Below, in pieces: positions 36,490 to 48,194 of a stretch of DNA of 64,000 bases (position 1 is its first letter; each line of letters starts with the position of its first letter). The stretch lies in contig JAYWIR010000019.1 of the NCBI GenBank assembly GCA_036172245.1, positions 434,001 through 498,000 on the forward strand, written 5' to 3'. The DNA is from Raillietiella orientalis. Taxonomy: Eukaryota. The notes beneath the pieces were generated by a model. The model was not told the DNA's origin. It saw nothing but the letters and a program-made list of their open reading frames with translations, and did not search any database. The translations under genes and the position numbers were made by a program.

Positions 36490-37850
36490 GTGGCGGCCCC
36501 CCTCCGTCCACTTCCGACCGTTCCCGCGCTTCGCGTGCGCTCAGACCCCTCCAGCGCACGCACCTCTCCGCGGCCATCCGCGCAGGCTCTCTGCAGAGTG
36601 GAAGGACGAGGCGTTGAGTGCAAACGGAAGACGCCCGCAGGACTCCGCGGGAGCGAGTCGCCAGTCGCCAGCCCCCCCCCCCTTTCCCCTTTCCTTCCTT
36701 CCTTCTTTCCTTTTGCGAATGACGCGCGTAGCCAATCAGCGAGCACGCGGCCATCGGCGGCGTCACCAGGACTGCTGGTCGCAACGGTCTCTTCGCAGCG
36801 CGAGCCATGCCGCTGGCCAACGCCGTGCTCTCGCTCTTTCCTTCTTCTTGCTGTTGCGCCCGACGGAGGTCGCTCCCTCTGCGACTCCTCCTCTCGTGGC
36901 ATCGGACGACGACTCTCCTGTCCACTTTTTCCACAGCGGGCTGCGCGAGGCGTCTCTTTGAGCGAGTGCCGCGGAAGAATCGCGCGCGTCACCGGAACAG
37001 CAAGAAGTGAGAAGCGGGCGGCGCGCTTCACTCTGCGCTGCTGCCGAACGGGCAGGCGTCCGAAGCAGCCGCTTCCAAGGAAACGCCTGTGCCTGCTGCT
37101 GCTGCTGCTGCTGACGCTCGCTGCCAAAGGCGATAAACGTTCGAGCGGTGTGCCTCGGCGTCTGCAGCACGGGCGGAAGACAGTTAGTGGTGGTGGTGAT
37201 TTCGTCACACGAAGGCACCCGCGCATGGGCGGTGAATGAGAGGGACCGAAGCGGCAGCCGTTTGAACATGCGACCGCCACTCGGCGGCGGTGCTTCCGCC
37301 TCGCAGGGTCGAAGAGTCGCGACGGGATGGCTGGGACGCCGTCTCCCGAGCACCGGTTGGCGCTTGCGACGGCCGATGCGCGTTCCTGCGGATGGACGGA
37401 GAGTACCGCCGTGAGTCGAAGGTGCGGCGAGCGCGCTGAAGTGGGCGATCGTCGTCGTGCTGGCCGCGACCGTGGGGGAGGCGAGCGCCCTCCGCAGGCG
37501 GCTGCGCCGCGGACCAGAAGGTCGGATCGGGATGACCGCTGAGCAGGAGCAGGGATCTCGGCGGCCATCCCGGTTCCGCGCGAGCGAAGGGCCTTCTCAG
37601 GTCGGCTGGCTCACGCGGGTGTTCCGTTGCACGTGGCGCTTGCGACCAGAGATGGATGACGTCACCGCGCCCGGTGCTCGCTGATTGGCTACTCTCGGTA
37701 TTCGAAAAAGGAAGGAAGGAGGGAAGGGCGTGCTGGCGACTCGTTCCCACGCAACGCCTCGAACAGGGTGCTCCGGAGGCGTCTGAGAGCACGAGAAGCG
37801 CGGGAACGGTTGCAGCTCCGGCAACGAGCAGCAGCCACGGGTCCATCGTC
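36490..37850. repeat. long diverged inverted repeat (foldback/MITE-like), arms ~36490-36810 and ~37600-37850
   Basis: GTAGCCAATCAGCGAGCAC (36728) versus GTGCTCGCTGATTGGCTAC (37674); CCGTTCCCGCGCTTC (36508) versus GAAGCGCGGGAACGG (37795); colinear with internal indels. Confidence 0.8.
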
Positions 37851-38990
37851 ACGCGTCTCCCGCACTGGTCGCGTGGGTGTCCCGGACGGACGCGACGCGC
37901 GCGACACCTGGCGGCCGTCTCGCCGCCAGTTGCACCCCCGCTGCCCGATCCACCATCGCCGCCTTCGTGGATGGAACGGGCCCGCAACGGCCGCACGGAA
38001 CCGGGGTGACTGGGAGCCGCCGTCGCAACCGGGAGGGAGTCCCGATGGCGGAAGGTGTGCGCCGGCTCGTGTCGGCAGCAGACGACCCGCTGTTTCCGTA
38101 GCAACGTCGAATCTCCAGGTGGCTGCGGTCGGCAGACGCGGGGTAGCGGTGAAACTCCGGGGAGCGACGGGCGGCGACGTCGGGAGGTGGACCGCGGGTG
38201 TCCGGGAGGAAAGGAAGGGATCGCTGCGTGCCATTCCGCCGCCGCCTCTCCGGAAACTCCTCTTCGACGTCCAGCAGCACCTCCCAGGTGGAACCACAAA
38301 ATGGCATCTCTGGGAACCGTTGCACAGGTAGAGGTCGATGGCTCGCCTGTTGCAAGGAAGCCTCTACCGATCTGGACTTCTGCGCACGTCGGATCGATAA
38401 TGATGAAGCGGGAAGACGCGACCGGAAGTGCAGGTTTCCGAGCAATCGCTCTCAGCACCGAGCATGCACTCCGTTGTCATGGATCCCATGTACGTCTGCG
38501 AACGAGGTGCTGCTTCGTGCGTGATGCAACCAGAGTTGGCAATCAAGACGGACGCGCTCGCGTCTGCCCGCTGTTATTTTCTCGGCTGCTTCCAAGCGCT
38601 CCGCTGCGCTGTACCTCAAGACGCCGCGCAAAAGCGTCAGCCTCGCTCGCCGGCGGACGATCCCTCATCCCCTTGTTTGGCTCTTCCTCCCTTCTTCCCC
38701 TTATAGGCACGTATTTGATCCCTGCTCCCTCCGTCTCCGACTGGGGACACCCCCTTCCCTTCCCACCCCGGTGTCTGCAGCAGACGACGGACGACAAGCT
38801 GCGGCGCTCGCATCTCGGACCGGCTTCCGGTGCTCCCAGTGATGCTGCCGGCCGCTCCGCTCAGGAACCCGGGAGACGCGGCTGCGCACAACCGTCGATG
38901 AGCCAGCGAGCACCTCTACTGGTGTCTCCATCCAACCCCCGCTTGACACGAGAACGAAAGAGACGGAGAGAGAGAACGAAAGGAGGAAGT

Positions 38991-39193
38991 GTAGGTTAAG
39001 TTAGGCAAGGTTAGGTAGGGGCAGGTGGGTAGGCAGGTAGGTTAGCTAACCTATTCACCCCATCCTACCTAACCTGACCTACGCTACCCTAACTAACCTA
39101 TTCTACCCTACTCTACCTTCCCTACCCTACCCAACCTGTTCTATCGAACCCGACCTAACATATCGTATCCCAGCTTACCCTGACCTGCCTAAC
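38991..39193. repeat. head-to-head degenerate (TTAGG)n / (CCTAA)n array
   Basis: G-rich units switch to C-rich units at the perfect palindrome TAGGTTAGCTAACCTA (39038-39053). Confidence 0.85.
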
Positions 39194-41649
39194 GCAAGCT
39201 GTGGTTCTGTCGCGGACGCCGGACATCTGCTCTTTCGCCCATACTTCATCCTTGGCCGCAGACTCGGTGTAAGACAGAGAAACCATGCAAGGAGGTAGTA
39301 GAGGTTCGTGGAGAGCGAGGAGGGAAAGATGCTTCCAGAATGCCTGTGGAAGCTCCTGGACTGGAGCGCTGTGGTGGCCGCCGTTGTGGCGACGCTGCTT
39401 GACCGAAGCAGAGGACGAAAGCTAGCAGCCATGTTCTGCATTGGAAATGTGGCACGCGCGGGTCCGTTGGTGGGCTCCAGTGTGGTAGGTTCGCCTCTCG
39501 GGTTCATGTTCGGAAGTAGTTTCGTCCTCCTGGGACTCACGGACGGAGGAGGTTGCAGCGGGAGACGGGAGAACGCGGAAGCCTGCGACGAGTGCCGTCC
39601 AGGAGCACTGCTGTCCTTTAGGCCCATGATCCTTCCTTTCGCTTGCCGGTCTTTTGGCTAAGACCAGAGTGCAGCCTCCTTCCGTTTCTCCGGCCTGCTG
39701 CCGGTGCGCTGCCGACAGCTAAGTGACGCCTCGTTCTGTCCCGTCCGGTTGTCCGGCGCCAGAGGACGAAGGCGCTCTCAGGGAGCGGCAAGCGAAAAGA
39801 AAAGGAAGGTCGGCAGCGCGAAGAGTTCGCCACCCAAAACCCCGGGAGACTCCCGGACCTCTCCGGGCGCGGTCTGCTTGCGTGGAACATCGCCGCTCCC
39901 ACGAGAGGACACCGCCGGCTGGCAGTTGCCTTCCTGAAAGCGAGGTCGCGCGATCCGATGGGTGCTCGCGAGTTTCCAGCCGTTGGTCATCCCGAGGCTC
40001 AAGAGGGCCAGTTCCTCCAGGGGAGGGTCGCTGAGGCCGTTCGTGGCCTTTCCCGACTTCGGGATGAAACCTCCAGGATGCGACGGAAGCTGGTCGCGAT
40101 TGCGACGCGAACTCCGCCCCACGATCGGCCGGAAGCGTCTGCGAGCAGAGCTTTCGCGGCGGCCTGCCGAAAAAAGTGCGACGGAAGCTCCCGCGCGCGC
40201 TTGCCCTCCCCCCGCCCTCGCCTAAAGGCGAAGAAAAATCGCGAGAAGAAATGAGCTAGGCGCATGCGCGCTCCCTTTACTACAGACGGTGCGTGGACTG
40301 AATATCCGCCCTGCCTATTAACTACGGACGGACTAAGGGCGGATGGACGGACGGTCCTGCGCGGGAGGAACGCGCGCGCACTGGAAGACTTCGCGCCGCC
40401 TTCCTCGCGTGTCTCCCCCCCACGCTCCCCACGCAGGCGACGGAAGGGGACCTGCGGCGAGAACTCCATGCCGCCTACCTGACGGAGGAGACCCGCCTCC
40501 TGGCTCGAGGGGAAGGTTCTTCTCAGAAGGGGGGATCGGCAATCGCGGATTCCTGGCCGGGGTGAGCTGGCGCGCGTTGCCGGCGGAGGCGCCGCGCGGA
40601 AACGGCGAAACATTGGTCGCGTCACGTGTGTTTTCGAGGGAACCAATCACCGACGGCCTTCGGGAATTTTGGAAAACTCCGGCTCCCCCCCCCCCCCCCT
40701 CAACGGGAGGGGGGCAAATACGCCACGGAGTCGAGCGAAGCGCTCGTTAGTCCGCGCAGGCGCGCGCCCGAGCTGCGCGGTCAGAGTTCCCACAAAGCCT
40801 TGGCTACGCGTGGGCCCGGAGCGAAAGCGCAGCTCTTGCATGACGCGGTTGCGAAAAATCCGAGCGTGCCCTCTCTCGCGCTGCTTTCCCTCCGCTGGGG
40901 ACGCACGTGCGGGCGGGAAACTCTGCCGTCCGCCCCCCTGAAGAGGAGGAAGGAAGACGTCCCGTCGTCGTTTCAGGCACACGAGGGGGGAGGGCGTGAG
41001 GGAGGAAGAAGGTGGGGATGTAGAGAAGCCCGGGCACGGGTTCCACCTGACCCCGGGTCGACCCTGCGTGAAGGGTGGGCGCCGCTTTCTTCCTGTTGGA
41101 ATTTTTCGGAAAGCGTGTCAACTACCCCACCCCACCCCTCCTCCCCCGCCACTCCTATCTACTCCTACTCTGCACTGCGTGCGCGCGCGTCTGCCGCGCA
41201 ACACCCGAAATTCTCGGAACCGCGGCTTCGGGTGCGACGCGGAGCCGGCTTCCCGGTGTCGCGCCAGAAACACAGTGCTGCCAGTCTCTTTCCTTCCATA
41301 TGCCGGGTCGTCGTTCGACAGCGCTGCTGTCACGATCCTGCGAACGTGCGCCAGTACGAACGTACGTGGGGTGCCGTCCATTGCCCATACCATCACTGTT
41401 TTTGTTTTTTTTTTTAATTGCTGATACTCCTGTCACTACCGTTTACTATTATTAGCATCAGTGTTCCTGTGTTTGCCACTATCAGGATTTCTATTTTATC
41501 CCCTTTTCCTTCAGGTCTGTCATTACTGTCGCTGCCCTCACCAACACTGCTCCATAATTAACAGCTCAGCTACCAGCATTGGTATTATTAATAACTGCCC
41601 ATTCATATAATTACAACAAATACCGTTACTATCGGTACCAACTAGTAGG

Positions 41650-42230
41650 TCCAGTTCAAAATCCCGAAAGATCATAAAAAATAAACGTAGATTAGTATAC
41701 AGATTTCTACATAGATTAAGATACAGATTTATTTTAACATACACAGTTATTCATATTCGAGTCGCACATACTAACAGGAATATTATTGGAACACATTTAT
41801 GTAACATAATTAATAAGTTATGTTGTTCATGTATATATTAAAGATTGTAAAAAACACATACGTATGCTTAATATATATGTTCACATATATATTTATACCA
41901 AGAAGGATTAATATATATCTTGAAGATAATAAAAAATAAGTATACATGTTTATTGTATATGTATATATGTGTCTGTACGTATATATATATAAATTAAATA
42001 TGTAAATGATTATATTATCTATAAATATTGATGTATATGATAAGCATATGGTTCTATTTTTTAAAATCTTCACGATGTATATAGCAGCAGTATAATCAAC
42101 GTATTAATGGCATTCATAAAATGTATGTTACTGTAGTTGCTTATATTCATGAAAGACTCATAAATATGAGTAGCAACGTATATTAAAAGAATCTGTAGAA
42201 TAAGCCCATGTCTTCATTTTTTATGAACTT
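41650..42230. other. AT-rich (TA-rich) low-complexity island flanked by degenerate (ACT/ACC)n tracts
   Basis: Abrupt switch to very low GC with TATATA runs. Confidence 0.8.
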
Positions 42231-42809
42231 TCGGGATTTTGATCGGCACCTACTGACGCGACTACTGCCATGCGGCACTACTACTACTAGCACTGTTTTT
42301 TTGGATATTGTCACTGCAATTATTCGTGTCACGATCAGCGGCTACACTGCTACGAACATCCAGCGTCGCCGTTACCACGGCTACCACTGCTGCCACCTGC
42401 GAAGATGCGCGCGCTCCCGTGTTCTTCTGCACGGACTTTCGCCGTCCGGAGGCTCCTTCGTGGGCGGCATGGGAGGTGGTGGGGCGTGTCCGGCTGGCCA
42501 CTGTCCCCCTTCCCCTCTCCTCCTTCCGCGACCCGCTTCGTTCCTCGGGAGCACGAAGCCCAGAGGAGAGGAAAGCCTCCTTTCGGAGAGGTCTGTGGCT
42601 GGATCACGAATTGCCGCCGTCGCAGCATCACCGAGCGCTCCATTCTCCGGAGGGGCCGCGAGGGGACGGGGTGGGCCGCCTCTTCTGCTGCGAGCGGGGA
42701 GCGCGATCCGCTTTCCCCTTCCGTCAGCGAGGGGGGGGGGAGTCGCGTGCGTTTGGAATGGCGACCTTCGCGAAGAGGAAAAGGGGAGGAGGGGGGGAGG
42801 GAGAACACT

Positions 42810-43000
42810 GAGAGAGAGAGAGAGAGGGAGAGAGATGGGGGAGGAGGAGGGCGAGAGGTTGGGCGCCCTTCTCCGCTGCGACTGCCTGCGGCGTCCGGCC
42901 GTGGCGGGTGGGGCGAGCTGCGCGTGCGCGCGCCGCCATTGGTCGCTGCCCTGCCGCAGCAACGCTCGCCGGCCCCGCAGCCCGTCGTCACACCGCAGTA
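42810..43000 (+). promoter_or_regulatory. putative Pol II promoter of the small secreted-protein gene
   Basis: (GA)n tract 42810-42834, GC-box-like sites, ATTGG (reverse CCAAT) at 42938 and Inr-like GCAGT at ~42996. Confidence 0.4.
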
Positions 43001-43227
43001 GGCGCTCGGAAGGTTCGCGGAGTCGGAGGAAACGCGCGAGGCGAGCAGCAGGCACTGAAGGGGTTGCTGAGCAGCGAGCGAGAAGCAGCCAGCGGTAGCA
43101 GCGTCGGCGTCTCCTCTGGGAGTTGCGAGAAGAAGAAGGAAGACCAGCAGCAGGAAGGAGGTTTCTTGTTTTTGTTTTTTCCTGCCCCGCCCCCCTCCCT
43201 CTTTTTTCTTGCTGCGCTGGCCTTCTG
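42998..43227 (+). other. putative non-coding first exon (5'UTR)
   Basis: Ends at a CTG|GTAGGT donor. Downstream acceptors lie at 43708 and 43875, with a possible optional UTR exon 43709-43773. Confidence 0.4.
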
Positions 43228-43933
43228 GTAGGTGGTGGCGCGAGCCGCGGCAGGGTGGGCAAGCTGCGAGCTCCCTGCTGCCACCGTCTTCGCTCCCTCG
43301 GGCTCCGAAGGGTCGGATGAGGGGAAGGATCCGGAAGGTCGCCGGCTGCGAGCCTCCCGGGGTTCCCTTGTCGCATCCTGAGAGTGGAAGCACGCGGCCT
43401 CTGTGGGGGGAGGGGAAGGACAGACAACACGTTGTCGCCCCCACTCTCTCGCAGGCCCGTGCCGTGCGTTTTTTTAATGTTTTACTCGATGTTTTTTTTC
43501 TCCTCACTTCCCCGCCTCAGCACCGCAGCAGCGCCACGGATGACGTCACGACCGCCCGCGGCGCGTCGGCGTCGTTTCTGGCTTTCCCGGACGGTTGAAC
43601 GACCCCAGCGTGCGTGCCCTCGAGCGAGCGAACGTGCGGCGCCGCGTTTCCCCCTTCCTCCGCCCCTGCCGCGGCCCTCATTCTGCCCCCAACTCCCTTC
43701 CCCCGCAGGTGCCCGAAGGGAATCGCCAGCAGGCGGGGGCAGTAAAGGGAGTGCGAATCCACCGTCGCCGCAGGTGCGGAGGAAGGGGCCGTGACCCTCT
43801 CCACCCTTCGTTCCCCCCCCCCTCGCCGCAACCGTTCCCGACAGAGGGTCATTCAGTTGCCCTTCCCTCCGGCAGGTGCCCCCGACAGAGGAGTGCAACA
43901 GCGGAGGACGTTGACCCCATCAGCTCTCCAAGC

Positions 43934-44117
43934 ATGAAGCTGTGGATATGCTTAATGCTGTTGGCGCTCGCGCAGGTGTCCCGAGCCGAGGAGGCGGCGG
44001 CAGTGGCGGCCAGCGCGGAAGGTGAGCCACAGGCCGAAGGGGAGCCTGCGGACAAGATAGACCACAGCGGTCACGGGAAGCTTTTGGCGGAGCCTGAAGA
44101 TGATGGCTATTTGTCGG
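43934..44117 (+). CDS. coding exon 1 of a small secreted/GPI-anchored protein (signal peptide plus acidic ectodomain)
   Basis: Acceptor CCTTCCCTCCGGCAG at 43875; AGCATGA start; MKLWICLMLLALAQVSRA|EEAAAVAASAEGEPQAEGEPADKIDHSGHGKLLAEPEDDGYLS; phase-1 donor G|GTGAGC at 44117, alternative AAG|GTGAGC at 44021. Confidence 0.7.
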
Positions 44118-44201
44118 GTGAGCAGTAGTGTCCGGCCCATTTTGCCCCCGCCCCATGCCCTCCCTTTGCCCGCCTGCCTTGCGAGCTGTCACTTCTTTCA
44201 G

Positions 44202-44281
44202 GTGGCTCAGTCGCCATCCCCCAGCTCTTGCCTGTGGTTCTAATACCCGTGCTGTACGCAGCTGGAGGGCCGTCGATGTGA
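44202..44281 (+). CDS. coding exon 2: GPI-signal-like hydrophobic C-terminus and stop
   Basis: 84-nt intron ending CACTTCTTTCAG; the phase-1 join gives G-GSVAIPQLLPVVLIPVLYAAGGPSM-stop (TGA 44279-44281). Confidence 0.65.
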
Positions 44282-46499
44282 CAGGCCCAACCTCCCGGCG
44301 GGTGCCGCGTGGACACGCGCGCCCCCTCCATCGCAGTCACTGTCCTTGCAGCTGCTCCCGACCGCCCGTTTTCCCGTTTTCCTTTTATTTTGTTTTTTTT
44401 TTGCTTTCACCCCCGATTTTTTCGCCCCTCCCCTGCTCCTCCCCCTCCATCCATCTCCACGGCCAATTACACATTTTTTTTCTACAACTCGCCTCGAGTT
44501 GCTGTTGTTGGGGTCAGGCAAGCCCTTCGGGGAAGGGCTCGGCGGGGCGTGGCCGGAGGCGCCCGCCATCCCCGCGGCTTCTGGGCGTCGGGACGGCCTC
44601 AGCAGGGGGAGGGCGCGTCTTCCCCGTCGCCTAGCATACCCAAGGCGGGCGATCCGTCTGCGTTCACCCGAGCACCCAAAACGCTTCATGAGAGACGGTT
44701 GAAATCCCAGAAGGGCGCACACCGCGCAAGTAAGGGAAACGGAAGTGCCTCCCATCCTACCAGCATTGTGAGCTGGACCCAGGCGAGACGAATGGGAAGA
44801 TGGGACACCAAGGTCAGTCGCCCAGGGGATGACCTTGGGAACGAAACGCGGGCCCCCAGGCTTAAGGGGAGCCGAAGTCAAAGCTGGTCGGTCTTCTCGT
44901 AAGTGCGTGTGCTGCTTCTGTGTGGAGTTGCGCAAGGTTCTGCGTGCCCTCCTCGTTCCCCTGCCAGCCCTGCCCTCTCGTGTGAGGCGCTGGAAAGCAC
45001 GTTGCACGAACTCCCGACTTTCCCCCCCCACACACGCACTTCCGCACCCGTCCTCCTCGACAGCTTGTCGGGAACGACAACCTTCCCAGAGCAGCAGTCG
45101 CATCCCTTCGGGAACTCGTTTTACGCCCTGCTCGGCGGGACGCGGCGTCTGGCCCCAGCTGCCGAGACCTGGGAGAGAGAGCGTCTGCAGGGACGCCCCA
45201 GCTTTCCCGTAATATCCGTTCTTCGAAGCAGGGGGCTGCCAAGCGTTTCAGCTTCTGCCGGCAGCATCCTTCGCGATGCGTGATCGGAAAGCAAGCGGGA
45301 AGGGAAACGCGCGCGTTTCTTTTCTTCTGTCTTCACCTGTTGGAGATGCTCTGTTCGTGATGCCTATGGCCGAAAGATTTGCAAAGAAGAGAATGTTTGC
45401 TTTCACGATCTCCACCCCCGTTTGCTGCAAACCCAGCTTCGTATGGAGTGGGAGCCGCAAGATGAAGGGAGGCGAGAAGGCGGCTCCTGTGCTTGTCCAG
45501 AGTTCGCGCCTACGCAGAAAACGCAAAGGCAGGGCAGATGCGACTGGCTTTGTCGGCCGCCCCCTCTCTTTGTTCTGCATCGTTTCTGCTTCTGCTAGGA
45601 GTGATCCCTGTGCCACCCGCGCTGCTGGGAACGCGCAAAACGTGCCCTCATGTGCAGCAGGTTTGCAAAAGGCGCTCCAAGAGGGTTTTTCTCGAGCGAC
45701 CGCCTGCGGGTAGGCATGATGCGCAATCGTTCTGTTTCGACGAACCGACAGGGACGGACGGGTTCCTGCGGCGCGGAGGTTCCTCCTCTTCGCGCGACTT
45801 TTGTGCTACGTCATTGTGAGCTTGCGAGCGCCCGCGAGACGGCTGTTTGCAAGGCCTCGCCATTTTTTTTTTTTTTCTCCTTTTCTTTTTGTAGGACCTA
45901 ACGTTTCTGCGGCAGCAGGCAACAATGCAAGGCCGGATTTTCGTGGATGACAACGCGTGCTGGCTGTACGTGTCCTCGGCAACGGGCAACAATGCAAGGC
46001 CGTGTTTCCGCGGCAACGCTAACGGCAGCAGAATGCCCTTTCGGGCTCGCGTGGCGGGGACAGTCTGGGTGAACTGACAGCCCGGTTACCAGCTGAATTC
46101 CGCATGCGGATCGAAACAGCGGACTATTTCCGCTGTAAGACGAGAAGTGCCTGTGCGCGAACGAGGAGCTCTCGCCGAGAACATCACTAACGGTTGTCAG
46201 GCCGCGTCTGCAGGAAGACGCCTATTAGTAGTGCACGAAGTGTCTGCAAACCCCGCCTGCCATCGTGCTGCCGTGGATGTATTTGGGCCGAATTGCGACC
46301 GTAGCCGCGAGGTTCCCCGATCTCCGTTTGGATCGGGGGCCATGCTAATTTTCCACCGCATACCTCAGCCGTGCTCTCCCAGGTCTTGCTTGCACAGTGG
46401 GAAGGAAACCGCTTCCGGAAGTGAACTCGAAATGCAGCGATCCGTCCTCATTTGGGTCACCGTCTTTCCACTCTCGTTCCTCCGAGTCCTTCGCTTCCT

Positions 46500-48130
46500 A
46501 GGAACTCCCGGTGCAGCAGGTGACTTCTGGAAAAAGCGTCCAGGGAGAGTCCGTGGCGCGAGTTGCCTCGTCAGCTTCCTGACTGTGCAGTTTGGTTTCC
46601 CTCCTGCCGAGTGTATGCGACGTGCTGGGAGGGGGTGGGGGGTTGGCCTCCAATCTTTCCAGACAACAGATTCATGGGAACTAGGCATCCTTAAGGACAC
46701 TGGCGAAGCCACTAACGGTGATCCTGGGGGTGGTGGTGAAGACAACGGCCACCTCAAGACCTACTTCGTTGCCACCAAGGCGACGCCCATGGTCAGGACA
46801 CCAGGGAGAATTCTCGGGCGCATTGTATCCCAGATCCTCCTGATTTGGCACCCCACGTCTCGGGCCGGGGGCATTCGGGTCCGGCGGCCCTGAGTTTTAG
46901 GCGTCAGTTCCACAGTTGCAGCACCTTTTCCGGGAAGGTCGCGTGAGGGGAGTTTCTCCGCCTCTGCTGCCGTACGTCGCCTACTATCGTGGACATACGC
47001 AGCCACGTCCGGTATCGTGGACCTCGGCTGCGCTCGCCAGGGATCAGAGTAAGATTCCAGAGTACGGACATGGCCATCGGCGGCGCCATGAGGACAGGGA
47101 GAGCAAACAAAAGGTGGGCGTCTCTCCCAACTGTGTCACCTCCCGTCCCTCAGGCAAGCGCCGTCGTCCCCAAAGGGAGCGTCATGACCGACGTCGCATG
47201 GGCGAGGAGGTGGAACGCCTCTTCCCCATGGCGGCGGCGAGATGCGCGGGAGGCGGTGCTCCGCCCATTTGCGGCTAAGGGCTGTGATAGAGCAGCCACG
47301 GTAGGTATACATCGACCTCTCCTTACCCCACATGCACCGCCCGTGGGCCCGACTTCTCTACCAGGTCGGCGACCCCTCCGTAGGCAGCGGAGAAGGGCGT
47401 GAGATCAGCGTACGTACGCTCCCCGGGTGTGCCCCTTTTCCGCTCTTTCCCTCCCCCCTTGGTAAAGTCCTCCCGGCTGACCTGCTGCGAGGAGCAAACG
47501 GCACTCCCGCGGTTCTCCCGAGGACGTGGCTAAGGGTGTTCCCGAGAGAACCCCTCAGAATACCAGGGCTGTGAGGTCGCTCCGCAGAGGCGGGAGGCAC
47601 CCTCTCGACCCGAGGTTCCTCGACGACTCTCGGCGGCGCCGTGCCCAGATCCTTCATGCCGTCCGGGTTCAGCACTGGCTACAGCGTCCATACGCCGTGC
47701 CTGCGAGGAAAGAGGACACGGAGTGGCGATCCTCTCTGAGCACTGGACCCCCTTCTGTGCTACATGCGAAAGGACGAGCAGTGGCACGCGGTGGACGAGC
47801 AGCGCGGGGTACCACGATGCGGGAAGGGAGCGACCGGGAGTCTTGTCTCCCTCGCCTGTAACCGCTCTGATAGCCCACCGCTCCCCAGACTGAACGGAGG
47901 CTGTCGGGGAGGTCAACCGCACCCTGGGAAGACGTGGAGAGATGTCCCTCCCGCGCACGCTTTCCGACGCCTCCTGCCAGTGGCGTGGGAAGCTGACCAC
48001 CTCGTTGGCTGAGGTCGGCGACGGCTTAGTTAAGGAAAGCATTCACCTGATCAAGGCTGACCTCCCTCCCAGTAGGACAATCCTGGAGTTGATGCTCGCA
48101 TTATCAGGGTCGGTCTGCCTGCCCCCCCCT
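46500..48130 (+). mobile_element. decayed L1-clade ORF2 (RT domain 3 to zf-RVT)
   Basis: DFWKKRPGRV...FLTVQFGFPP (D.EKAFDRV...FGF), HVRYRG (YLG-like) and PRCGKGATGSLVSLAC, in the correct order. Confidence 0.55.
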
Positions 48131-48194
48131 TCCCTTCCCGGTCGGATCGCACCCAGCCCTACGCCCGCGACGCATCGCCTCCTTCCGAGCGCTC

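Noticed and set aside
36072..38999. Overlapping 314-498-aa ORFs
   Set aside because: Low-complexity translations spanning a non-coding inverted repeat; no motifs.
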